Positions 12,918 to 24,612 of a DNA stretch of 64,000 bases are shown piece after piece. This stretch comes from Podarcis bocagei (Eukaryota). Where the stretch lies: the NCBI GenBank assembly GCA_964188305.1, contig OZ076885.1, one strand, 5' to 3'. The notes beneath the pieces were generated by a model that worked only from the letters and a program-made list of their open reading frames with translations, did no database searches and was not told the DNA's origin. The translations under genes were made by a program, and so were the position numbers. How positions within the stretch are numbered: the stretch's first letter is position 1; every line of letters begins with the position of its first letter.

Positions 12918-12923
12918 TTTATT
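12918..12923 (-). terminator. FNTB: Candidate FNTB polyadenylation signal (alternative ATTAAA at 13911-13916)
   Basis: TTTATT on + = AATAAA on -, about 1.8 kb past the stop; not verifiable without transcripts. Confidence 0.45.
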
Positions 12924-14729
12924 TTAGCAGGGCCTGGCCTGGCTTGGCAGCTCAAGGTACAGGTGTGCAAAAGAGAAATGTCAGTGGAATGTACCAGCTT
13001 CCCAAAGGCTGAAAATGGAAGCCGGGAGGAGGGAAAAGGAGCCGGGAGAGGAAGAGAGCAGAAAGAGGAGCCAGGAGCAAACAAAGGAAAAATACCTTCC
13101 ACTATGTTCTTCCCGCCTTCCTCCAGTGGCAATACCACTTAACAGTTATCTATATTCATCCCAAGATTAAGAGACAGATAGCAGCTGCTTGAAAAGTAAA
13201 TTATAATTTCCAGCTGTTATATCTCCAAGCAATATCACCCTGCCCCATGCTATCTACATGTTGTGGGGAGGTTTGAAGCATGTTTGATCACATATAGGCT
13301 GTCTAGGTGAGAGCTGCCACCCTGGGTATTCAGGGTTCCAGCTGAAAGGAACAACCTGTGACCATTCAACAAGCTTTCATACCCTGCTTCAGACTTTCCC
13401 TCCATGCAAGGGGACAACCACAGGGCAAGCACACAGCCTCACTCTCACCGCACATGGTTACTTGCATGGAGCTAAAACCTCAATCCCTGTTGCTGAGGCT
13501 ACCATGGTACTCATTAAGGATAACAGTGGTTCTACAGGTTATGTATTAGCCTGCTCTGCTTACGAAAGGCTAGGATTGTTTACCTCTTTGACGCCGTAAT
13601 TCCTCCAAGAGTTCAGTTTACATATAGTTTCCAGGAAGGGTTCAATATCAGGGCTGCTTAGCTTCAACAGAAGTGTTGTGCGGCTTTAAGACACTGCTTA
13701 GAAGTAAGCGCTAATAAGCATGCCTTGAGAAAGCATTGCAAACTGTACAGTCCCAAAAGGAAAATGTTGTGATTTCCTTCCCAAACATGCAGATGAGCAC
13801 CAAAGGGCCCTCCTAGCAGAAATACAAATTAAAACCTTAAATACAATTGCATCAAAAAGTTTTATGAATGGTCACAACTGGAAAGATAATAAGAAAGGAA
13901 TTAGTTTATGTTTAATAAAATGCACAAACATTATTACATTGTCAGTCCTGCCACTAGGCAGGCTAGTACCAATATGCAAGGGAGGGGAAGAATTTTGCAC
14001 AGAATCTTGCCAGTGGCCTCTTTTTCGCTTGATGCAGAGTGAGACCTTCAATACCACTTTATATAATGGAAAAGAGCTTAACACAAGGGGGGGTATCCAA
14101 GACAGCACCCCTGGGATGTGCTCCAGCAGCCGACACACAACTAATACAGTGTTGATGTGCACACTATTGACTCAGAATATGCTTACATTTTAAAGCCAGA
14201 GTCCCATGTCTTGGTGAGCAGTACTTGGAATAGCTTCAGGGAGTATAAATGGACAGAATATATTGCCTGTAAGGGTATGGGATCAGGGCACCAACTCTGG
14301 CTAGGCCAGTAATCAGCCTATTAGTAAGCTGGCCCCACCACCCCCAAGATACTTAGCATAGTGCAAATGAAACAACAGAACTGGTTTGCCAGATGCTTAA
14401 GATACTAACATGCTGCATTGTTTCAAAACCAAAACTGCTCCTGCTTGCAAGGTGAGAGAGTGTCCCACACAAATGAGCAGCCAGCATGTCTAACCGTGTG
14501 CCACCACACAGCCAATCTGCTACTAGGTCCTGAAAACTGATCAGGTTTTGGTATGGCTAGCAGAACTCTCTCAAAAGATGCACACACAAAAGTTGAGCCC
14601 AGTTTGAAAATAATCAAAAAGTTAGCTCCAGGGCCAGGGCCCCCCACATTGGCCAAGACGACTTGCAGTGCCATGCATTGAACGGCAGGACAAGGCACTG
14701 CACAGTGTCTACCCGGGCAGCAGCCCCCC

Positions 14730-14840
14730 TCAATTAGCAACAGGCTCCTCCTTTGTACTTGGAACAGGCTTCTTCAGGAAGTGCATCACGGCTTGCACCA
14801 CTTTGTCGGGGGAGATGTTGTACACAGGGTGCGTAGGCTG
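14730..14840 (-). CDS. FNTB: FNTB exon 12 (last coding exon)
   Basis: 111 nt; QPTHPVYNISPDKVVQAVMHFLKKPVPSTKEEPVAN*; the summed CDS is 1272 nt = 423 aa + stop. Confidence 0.95.
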   Translation of the reverse strand, partial: QPTHPVYNISPDKVVQAVMHFLKKPVPSTKEEPVAN

Positions 14841-15405
14841 CTGTTGGAGGGAAGGAAACAAACAGGAATTAAAGGTGAAACTGTGTCTACTCTCACCAGT
14901 TCCGTAGCAAGAGAAGCCAAGTCTGTCAACTTAGGTAAGTTAATGAAAGCAAGTATTTAAGGATATATTTCATGGCACTATGTATGGAGCTACAGGAGTC
15001 TGAAGCCCAGCATCCTGACCACTGAAAGAAGTTTTTATCAGCTCCGCTGTAGCTTTTGAGAGTTTACTAGAAATTATCCACATATTTTCAACTTTGAAGG
15101 GGTCATTATCCTTGAGCAGTTGCCAAGGCCTCAGCACCAACCCCGGGCTCCTTCCTATTCTGCCACCACTTGCTTGCCAGCCTCTCAAGTGGGCAAGCAG
15201 CAACCCCAGCAAGGAACCACAAAAACCCTGGCTCCCTGCCCTCCCCTCTAGCTGGAGGCTTGTTCCTTATCACTGCCTGCCTACCAGCTGTTGCAGTGAC
15301 ACAACAAAGGAAAGGGGTGGTTCCACAGAAAGGGCATCTTGCCAAGCCCTGCCTCCCAAACCTGAAGCTGGCCTTGTTCAAGCCTCTCTGAGGAGACATT
15401 CACTG

Positions 15406-15450
<45 letters not shown>
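15406..15450. repeat. (CAT)n microsatellite
   Basis: About 15 perfect CAT units. Confidence 0.95.
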
Positions 15451-15451
<1 letters not shown>

Positions 15452-15486
15452 GCAGCACTGGGGCAATCTCACTAGAAAATGCTTCT

Positions 15487-17009
15487 AAAATATGCTAAAG
15501 TGGGATGGGATCTAGGATATACAACTGATTCAGAAGATTGGAAAAAGTTTTTTGGGGAAAACATAAATGTTATGGTCTGCAATTCAATACGAGAGAATTA
15601 TATGAAGATGCACCACAGATGGTATACGGCAGCAGACAGACTAGCAAAAATGAATAGATTGATTATTAATAAATGTTGGAGATGCAATAAGATGAAGGGC
15701 ACTCTATACCATATGTGGTGGACAAGTTCAGAGATCAAAAAATTCTGGGAAATTATCCATGAAGAAATTAAAAAACTAATAAAGGTTTCATATAGCAAAA
15801 GGGCAGAAGCATATTTATTGGGAATTTTGAGTAAGGATATCCCCAAAGATGAAATTAACATATTCCTATATGCCACAACAGCAGCGAGAATGTTGGTGGC
15901 CAGTTACTGGAAAGGAAATAACATCCCAACAAAAAGGGAATGGTTAAGTAAACTATGTGAATATCTGGAGTTAGCAAAATTGAAGGATATAATAAGGCAT
16001 AAATCTAAAACTATGGTACAGAAACAATGGGAATGCTTAAAGGAATATTTACACAAACAGGGATCAAACACGAAAGTTTGGTTGTGCTTAGACTAACCTT
16101 GTGAAGAATACAGAGAATCAGTGGCGTAGCGTGGGGGGTGCCAGGGGTGCCAGCCGCACCGGGCGCAACATTTGGGGGGGCGCGTTTGGCCGGCCCTCCT
16201 CGAGGAAGCAGGAACCCCACTGTCCTCGGACCTCCTCCGAAGGCTGGCGGTGGGGCGGAGAGACCTCCTCCCGCCGCCAGCCTTCGGAAGGCTGCTCCGA
16301 AGCCTGGCGGTGGGGCGGTGAGACCTTCTCCCCGCGCCAGCCTTCGGAAGGCTGCTCCGAAGGCTGGCGGTGGGGCGGAGAGACCTTCTCCCCGCACCAG
16401 CCTTCGGATGGCTGCTCCGAAGGCTGGCGGTGGGGCGGAGAGACCTTCTCCCCGCGCCAGCCTTCGGATGGCTGTCCTGAAGACTTGTGGTGGGAGCAGT
16501 GGCGTAGCGTGGGGGGTGCAGGGGGGCCTGCTGCACCTGGCGCAACATCTGGGGGGGCGCGGAAGAGACTCGAGTGCTAAAATCCACGGGTTAGGGGGCG
16601 CAAATTACTTGCCTTGCCCCGGGTGCTGAGAACCCACGCTACGCCACTGCAGAGAATACAAAGATTAGATAGACTATGAAAGAACTTAAGGAAAGGAAGT
16701 GACTGAAGAACAGATGTAAAGGTGAATTAGATAACCAAGAGACGTGTGGTGAATGCAGTGGAAGTATTTTATAATATTTTAACTAGGATTTATGTATTGT
16801 AATGTTTGAAGTATGAATTTGGAATTATTTCTCTTCATTATATTTTTTTTTTGTTTGTTTCTTTTATTTTTCATCTTCTTTTCTAGTCTGCATTCTGGAA
16901 AATTGTGTAGATAAATGTTTTTATGTACAGTTATGTGTTGTTCCTATTTCTTTTTTTCTTTTGTGTTTTTTTTGTAACATTTAATAAAAAATAATAAAAA
17001 GGAAAAAAA
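15487..17009 (+). mobile_element. 5'-truncated L1-clade LINE (ORF2 C-terminus, 3' UTR, polyA) in FNTB intron 11, antisense to FNTB
   Basis: ORF 15479-16096 with ORF2 zinc-knuckle CWRC-x8-HMWWT(S); AATAAA plus A-rich tail; 13-bp TSD AGAAAATGCTTCT at 15474-15486 and 17010-17022. Confidence 0.9.
16119..16649. mobile_element. hAT-type non-autonomous element inserted in the L1 3' UTR
   Basis: 17-bp perfect TIR CAGTGGCGTAGCGTGGG; perfect 8-bp TSD CAGAGAAT; internal 60-bp tandem repeat x4 (about 16235-16480). Confidence 0.9.
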
Positions 17010-18516
17010 AGAAAATGCTTCTCTTCGAAATGTTCCCAGTGCAAGAGGGACATTTCCCCATGAGAGGAATAAGGAATGCACAATGAGAAGCAAAGTTCAT
17101 AGTTCAAGGCTGTAATCATACTTGACGCATACCACACAGCAGGAGAATCTGGCTTGGGATGGAGGGTCATAGAAGAGAATGGGAAGGCTATGCCTGTTGA
17201 AAGCTCACAGACCAAAGGAAATCATATCTGGAGCTCACACTGCCTACGCAGAAAGACAAGAGCCTCAGCAAGCACCCCTCTTTCATTATACTTCCTATTC
17301 TGCCTTATACACATTGCTCTCTATCCCAAACCTCACTCCTTCCTCCTAACCTGTCAAGCCCTGTTATCTCAAACGCTGTGAAATTAAGCATCCATAGCCA
17401 CCATGCGACTTGCAACAACAACAAACTATTTGGTGTGGCAAGTGCGCTACTCACATCCACCACACCCACACACAGTAAACACCATTTCTGGTCCTTCCTG
17501 ATTATTATTATTATTTATTGAATTTATATACAGCCCTATACCCGGAGGTCTCAGAGTGGTTCACAGTCTAACCGCTGTGTGGTATCCTTTTCTGCCTTTG
17601 GCTATGGAGCAGGGGCTGTCACAGAGGGGGAAGGTTTATGCCAAATTTCTGGCCCACTTTCCTGATGAGAAGAGTTAAAATATAAAGGAAACACCAAATT
17701 TGAGATGTTTCTACCCTAAACTTTAAGAGGCAGGCCTATGAAGATGCAGAGGCAACAGGATCTTGAGGCCTGTTGGCTGTGGAATATCACCACCTGCCTT
17801 CCTCAGTAGCAGGGGCAGCCCTGTCCGAAGACCTTTTTAACATGGCTGTGAAAAGGGAAGGGAGGTGATTCAGAGTCCCTGCCCTATCTCACTAGCCAGA
17901 GTGTCTGAAAGCAGCCAATGAAGGCTGCCATTACCAGTGCACAGTGAGATGGCAAAAAAGTGAATGAAATCAATTCACTGCTGTAACACACATACTGAAT
18001 TTTCACTAGTGTCTCCAGGATTATAAGTTGCAGACAGGATTTACATGCAGCTGAATGGCATCCTCAAAAGCGCTAGCTTACTTTCTACCTATTCAAAAGT
18101 ATGTGATTGGAAATTCTGTTATGAACTAACTTGTTCTGCACCACTTGGACTAAGATGCAGATCAGAACATAGTTATCCTTTGGATTCTGCAGTTCTCCCA
18201 GTTTTGTTATGCATGTCTCTGCTTAAATAGCAATATAAAAGCATTTGTGTTTTAGGAGAAAATTGTTCAAAGGCGTGCATTTTGAGAGAAAATATGGTCA
18301 GAAATAACAAATTTTGTGGCAATTTCCATATTTAAACACGTAGATAAATGCAATTTTCATTAGATTTCCTTAAAAAAAATGATGAAATATGAGACATGAG
18401 ATAGAACAGACTTGGAATGGATCGGAGCGGCACCTTCCTGGTCTGTGTCACTTTCACGGGTTCATTCCTAAGACACACACAAAACACACGCACAGCCACA
18501 TCCTGGCATAGCTTAC

Positions 18517-18631
18517 CAGGCGGTTCTCTGGCACTCCTAGCACTACTTCATGGAGAAGGTCCCCGCTGCCAAAATGCTGTGCTATCGACAGCCCACTGAG
18601 GCAATAGCAGGTATGGTAAAAATCCCGGAAC
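18517..18631 (-). CDS. FNTB: FNTB exon 11
   Basis: 115 nt; FRDFYHTCYCLSGLSIAQHFGSGDLLHEVVLGVPENRL; contains the Zn-ligand His (DFYHT). Confidence 0.97.
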
Positions 18632-18810
18632 CTGGCGGTAGAAACATACACAAGGCTGAGGTGAGTGAGAAACTGGAAGCCCAACGGTTCCACTTAGCCA
18701 CCCTCTGGGGCACCCATTTGCTTCAGTGCAGGGTACCCAAAGCCCCAAGTTGGGTGCCAGATTAGTTTCCCGTAGTCGTCGTCTTTGTGATATTCTTTCA
18801 CCTTATAGTA

Positions 18811-19049
18811 CAGTGGTACCTTGGTTCCCAAACGGCTTGGCTCCCAAACAAATTGGCTCCCAAACGCCACAAACACGGAAGTAAGTGTTCTGGCTTGCGA
18901 ACTCTTTTTGGAAGCCGAACGTCCGTTTCAGCTGCTGGCATTGTTTCCGGGGCCAATCAGCCAATCAGAGCCGCGCCTTGGTTTGCGAACGTTTTGGAAG
19001 TCGAAAGGACTTCCAGAACGAATTGAGTTTGGGAACCAAGGTACCACTG
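18811..19049. mobile_element. Tc1/mariner(Tigger-like) MITE
   Basis: 23-bp perfect TIR CAGTGGTACCTTGGTTCCCAAAC; TA on both sides. Confidence 0.9.
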
Positions 19050-19161
19050 TACTTCTATTGTTTAAAAAACTGCTTGTAAATTTAATCCCAGTCATGGGTA
19101 TTCCTGCTGTATGCTTGAGCCACAAGTTGAAATTTTCTCAGTTAGGGTGACCAACACTCAC

Positions 19162-19273
19162 TTGCCCGGCTTGTCCAAGAGGCCCCCTGCAGGGCACTGG
19201 CAGCATAGCAGGATGTACTCTTGAAGCGCTTCCTGGTCAAACATCCAGTGTGTCATACTGAGGGCAGAGTCAC
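19162..19273 (-). CDS. FNTB: FNTB exon 10
   Basis: 112 nt; (G)DSALSMTHWMFDQEALQEYILLCCQCPAGGLLDKPG(K). Confidence 0.97.
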
Positions 19274-20185
19274 CTAAAAGGAACAAAAACCCCAGTAAGA
19301 GGCTAACACTTCCACTGGAGAAAGAGCAGGCCAACAGGAAGACACCAAATGGAAGACTGCACTCCCTCCCTTTTTCCGCTTTGCAGGGGCAGAGCTATGG
19401 CCACCCACTTCCTGGCCTTGTCCTCACAGAAGCCTTCCATTTTTGCTATCGGGCAGTCATTTCCTTGTTCCTTAATCTAATGGGAGAAAGCAAGTGTTCT
19501 CAGAGGACAGCAAGCAGGTAACAAGCAGCAGCTTGTGGAGGGGATGGGACAAGGAAAGGTGGAAGGGAAGCACACAAGGAGCATGTGCTGGCAGAGTTCA
19601 TCTGAGGCAGTTAACCTAATAATAGAAATTCATTGCATCCTGCGAATAGAACTCTGTGTGTTGAAACTGTCTCCTACATCGGTGCAAAATGGTTCATCTG
19701 GCTAGTATTCCAGCTCTGAGGTCCGACAGAAGAAGGTTGCAGAGTGTGCTTTAATTTTGCTTTTAAAAGCAACATAACCCCTGCTCCCTGCTATTGTCAC
19801 TTTTAAACCGTTGCCAACTCCTACAGTGTTAGCGCAACAGGGATATTTAGGTACATGCTGGGCTGGTATGCCAAAGGAACCGGTAACCCTGCACAGATAT
19901 GCTTATAAACAAACCATCATGCCCCACATCGCTTCAGACTGGTCCTCTGACACTGGCCACATCCAGAGATTTCAGGAAGTTTTAAAATCACAGAGCATCA
20001 AGCTAGCACTGTATGTTCAATAAGCGAGGAAAGCGTTGGAGATTTCCTTGTATGTATGGATGCCATGACTATACTGCTTAGTAACTAACCACAGCCCTAT
20101 TTTTCCATAGATGAGTAGGTCCTTTTAAAATTAAATTATACCCTGATACATCTGTAAGTAGAGAGTTCTGTGGAGCAACTGTGCA

Positions 20186-20300
20186 TTATAATATATATAT
20201 TATATTATATATTATATTATATTATATATTATGTTATATGTTATATGTTATATGTTATATATTATGTGTTGTTATGTGTTATATATCTTACCTATTATAT
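20186..20300. repeat. AT-rich low-complexity (TATAT/TATGT) tract
   Basis: Direct reading. Confidence 0.85.
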
Positions 20301-20915
20301 TGCCCTCTTGCATCTAGTGGAGAGAGAGGCAAGAAAGGAGGGCATCCACCCCTTTTGCTCATAAATCACCCTCCCAGGAACCCCCCCTCCCCAAAAAAAC
20401 CCACCCCAGTTTAGGGTGATGGTTGTGCATTAAAGAGCAGTTATTGCTTGGGTCCCTTTTGCCTCTCAGAGTGCAACTGTCACATCAGCTGCCCATCAGC
20501 TTCACAAAATCTCTGCAAGGGCAGCAGTTAAGTGAAGGGGAGTTGGAAAGTTTGGCTGTGAAGGTGCGGGAAGGTAAGCATGGAAAAAGCAGGTGAATGA
20601 GGGACATTTGGGGGGGAGTGGAGGGCAAGTACTGAGGAAGAATGGCACTGGCACACTTTGACACAATGACAGTTTTCATGGGTCCCCCAACAGCTTTGTT
20701 ATTTTCAGCCCTATGACATGTTGATGCCGGTTCTACTGTAACATTGAAAGGGAGATTTTTTTTAGTTTCCACAAGGACAGAGAATACAAATGCTGCAGTG
20801 GATCACATCCTCAAACGAAACACTCCACATCTAACAGTTTGGGGGTGAGAGGAAGCAAGTGAGAGGGGCAGCATACCTGGGGAATGGTGGACCAGCTTGC
20901 AGTGCTCAGACTCAC

Positions 20916-21048
20916 CTTTGGCATGCAGGGCTCGATGTAAGAGAGGCAGCAAGCCAGCCTGCCAGAATGAGTAGCAGCCATCTACCAGCTTGTTACAACG
21001 GCCCTGAAACCCTCCTTCAAAACGCATCTGGCGGCTTGTAACCCAGTG
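20916..21048 (-). CDS. FNTB: FNTB exon 9
   Basis: 133 nt; HWVTSRQMRFEGGFQGRCNKLVDGCYSFWQAGLLPLLHRALHAK; contains the Zn-ligand D-x-C motif (DGCYSFW). Confidence 0.97.
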
Positions 21049-22032
21049 CTAGCAGGAAGAGAAAGCAAACATCACTATTGCTCAGTGCAGCCACAGGACC
21101 TGCTATACCCAGCGGATATATCAATGGAGGGAGCCACAGACAACTGCAATCCCCTAGAACAGTCTGAGGGCACACACCCGTCCCCCTGTCCCCTTCATGC
21201 TTCATGTGTTTCCTGCAGCAAAATCTAACATGTCCAGGTTGCCATGGAAAATATGAAGGGGTTTTCAATAATTAAACTAAACGAGGAAACAAGCAACCAA
21301 GCAAACCAATAAAACTGGGAATGAGAAATTACTGTACATTGGTGAACATCAAGAGATCATGTTTCTATCGTATGAATGGCCCAGAGATCCTGCCATTTCA
21401 GGTTTGAATCAAATTATTTCTTTATTTCCCGGTGCTGCACGTATGCACGGTTACATGCCAGCTAATCACGCATCACTGGGGGATGCCCGTATTTAAAGAC
21501 AGTTACAGACAAAATGGGGTTTCACGATATTATGAAATAATGTTAGAAATGGTACATGTTTCCTTTTAATCAATTAATGCAGCGCTCAAGGGAATGATTA
21601 TGAATATGTGCTGTGAATGTACAGACAGACACTTTTAGGGAGAGCATAAGAATGGAAGGGGCAGGGCAAAGGGGGAATCCCAATCCCAGATACTGAAATC
21701 CAGTGGGATCCTATGTTTTGGCATTGTGATGGCTATGACAGTGCCTTCTGCACTGATAAGGCTCCATTTAGAGTGCCTCTTCCACAAAGGAAAAGGGTTC
21801 CTTCATTTGTAGAAGAGGCGGCAAGGGCTTTTCACTGGTTACTCTGTGCTACCCGCAGTTCTGTTCTGAAGGGTCCCCTGACGCTCTGGAGCAGCTTTAC
21901 GGGGAATGCTAAAATTCACTTCTCCACCCATGAACAGTGATCTGCTCATGGGAGCTCTGGATATGAGCCATAGTGAATGTTGAAACAGCAGCACAGAGAG
22001 AATTAGAACCAGGCTGGCAAATGGTTACTTAC

Positions 22033-22162
22033 CAATAAGCTTTTCAGATTCAAGACATGCTCACTTTTCAGAATGACCAGCGCTGCCAGTCCACAGAAAG
22101 TGTACCCTCCGTGGGCCTCCATGCCAGGGACACCACCGATCCCACCCTCCCAGTTCTGACAT
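22033..22162 (-). CDS. FNTB: FNTB exon 8
   Basis: 130 nt; CQNWEGGIGGVPGMEAHGGYTFCGLAALVILKSEHVLNLKSLL. Confidence 0.97.
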
Positions 22163-22346
22163 CTAATGCAAAACACAAAAACAGGAAGAAAAAAAACACA
22201 GGATATGTTTTGTTATCCACAATACAACAATTATCTTCCTGCTCGTTCTCTAGACTCCTGCTGCTGGGCAGGTAACTACACTTAAACTTGGCAACCAAAG
22301 AAGCACTTGGTGTCCAAGGCCAAACAAGAGCTAAGTGTTTTCCTAC

Positions 22347-22433
22347 CTTGCTATCCAGTCCGCTGTCCCTTCAAAGAGAGTTGGTGTGATGATGTTGGTA
22401 AGCGAAGCCACTGATGCAGCACAATACGCACTC
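22347..22433 (-). CDS. FNTB: FNTB exon 7
   Basis: 87 nt; SAYCAASVASLTNIITPTLFEGTADWIA(R). Confidence 0.96.
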
Positions 22434-23433
22434 CTGAGATTTAAATATGAGACTATTTAACTTCTACACATGGATGAAGAATGATGCAAGCCGAGCTGCT
22501 GATGTCAAGGAGACACCAGTCATATTAAACTGCACAATCCACCCAGCCATAACCGTAGAAATGTCACAAAGAGAGTACTTGGAAGTTAAGTCATTGTATA
22601 CTCCAGACTTGGTTTTAATATCTGAGCAACCCTGAGAAGGCATTTGCTCAATGAACTCAATCAGCTTGTTGGCGAGGGTGGAAGGAGAGGAAGGGAGAGA
22701 AAGAGGGAGAGAGAGACCATGTTTTGTTTGTTTTAAAATAAAATTACTCTGGATGAGGCTATTAGAATGGAAAGTACACCAGGAGCTAAATTCAGAAGAG
22801 TTTACCCCAGTGCATCCATTTCTTTCCTTCCTTGATGCACCAAGGGACTGGTATCCTAGATTTATATTAGTAGCCAAGGAAAGATACTGAGCGGATTTCA
22901 ATATTGTTAATTAAGACAGAAAAAGCCTTGCTCACAACATTATTCATTGAAATCCCAGGGGAAGAAAAATAAAGGTTACATTCTTCCCTGAAAGAAGAGC
23001 CAGAGCTTCATTTAAAATGGTTTGTCACAGCAAGCCACTGTACAAGCTGAAAAAGATTTTCTTCTTCAGCTTTAGAATCTGCTGCACCAAAACAAACTCT
23101 GGCCATGTCTGCCATTCTTTCCACATGCAAGCACTTCTCTTGAACTGCAGCCAAGGACTGCCTTTTCCTGCCCCCTAGAGGGGCAAGCCAGGAATATTTA
23201 ACATCACTTACAGCTGAAAGAAGCAAATAATGGCTCCCATAATCTTCCTAACATTAGAAGCCAGGTTCTTATTCCTCCACTGAAGTTTAGCTACACTATT
23301 ACCAAACAGGATTAATGCTTGCTGTGCTAAGACAAAACTCTCTACGAACACCATTGCTACAAAACTTCCATCAGAACCCAAAGCTGCTGCTGAGCATCAC
23401 ATGAAAGAAATACTTGAAACATTTCCAACACAC

Positions 23434-23517
23434 CTGACATCCACCTCTCCCCCTATGTGCATGATGAAGGAGCCATCAGGCTGCTTCAGGGAATACAAAT
23501 AGTCCAGAAGCTTCTCT
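23434..23517 (-). CDS. FNTB: FNTB exon 6
   Basis: 84 nt; EKLLDYLYSLKQPDGSFIMHIGGEVDV(R). Confidence 0.97.
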
Positions 23518-24465
23518 CTGAAAAAACAATAGAGAACATTTATCCCTATTAAGAGGGGGGGAAACAACTGAGATGCTGGAAGAGCCAACCCACATGAATG
23601 AAAATGCGCTTCAAGATCACCTAGGCCAGGGGTTTTCAGTGCTTTGCTGGCTGAGGAACCCCTCCAACATGTCATGATGTCCTATGGCAACCCAGCCCCC
23701 TCTCCCTACCAATAAGAGCCCCCCGCCAACTTTCCCTCCAAAAAAGCAGGTTCCACAACTTCTTCTGACTTTGTCCCCACCACGGTGTTTTCATGTTAAG
23801 GTAAAACCTGCTACTCCATTGCCCTCGTGTACAAGCCTAAATAAAAGAAATACATCATCTCACACAACCTGCATGTTTGGACCCAGAGAGAGACTGATTT
23901 TGACCATTTCACCACTGGTGTCACATGATGCACTATGGGACTAGATCAGGCTGTGTGTGACTTATGGTCACTCCCACTCTTTTGAGTGGGGACGCCTGGC
24001 TGGTGCAGGATGGGAAAGTGATGTGTGCCTGAGGTGTACGTTGGAATGCCTAGTGATGAAAGTGGACTCCAAAGGTTCTGCAGAACCGTGGTTAAAAACA
24101 TGAACCTGGACTAACCACCTAGATTCATTTTTTCTAAATATGGAGCTAACCCTTCTCTAGCCCTGGACTGCAAGAGAGGCCTGAGCGCCAAGAAGAGCTT
24201 TGCTCTCCTTGATTCAAAGCAAAGGAAGCTACCAACAAGTGGACGGGAGGCAGTGTGGTGGATGTAGACACCAAGCAGCACATTGTGGCAAAGGCTGTGT
24301 TGGAAAAGGGCCACCAGTCCAGCTTACCAGCTAACCTTTCTTCTTCAGCAAGTAGGAAGGCTGAAGAGGGGGACTGTACTGGCAGACATTGGTCAAGAAT
24401 GCTTCAGGCTTCACCTAACATCTTGGATCTGAGCAGAGGGGAGGGGGTCCCTCCTACGATTTTAC

Positions 24466-24612
24466 CTGTTGATAACACTGTATGCCTCTTCAGTCCCAAT
24501 AATGCAGAGAGCATTGACGGCTGCGTACGTTGGAGCAAGATGTGGGTACTGGTTTGGTCCCCCTCCAAAGCCTCCGCTGGGGCTCTGACAGCGGCTCAGG
24601 AACTGGCACACA
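24466..24612 (-). CDS. FNTB: FNTB exon 5
   Basis: 147 nt; VCQFLSRCQSPSGGFGGGPNQYPHLAPTYAAVNALCIIGTEEAYSVIN(R). Confidence 0.97.

Noticed and set aside
15094-15498. ORF with poly-His tract (and antisense poly-Asp)
   Set aside because: Product of a (CAT)n microsatellite in an intron; no splice or homology support
15479-16096. 205-aa ORF as a host gene
   Set aside because: It is the C-terminus of L1 ORF2 within a TSD-flanked, polyA-tailed insertion
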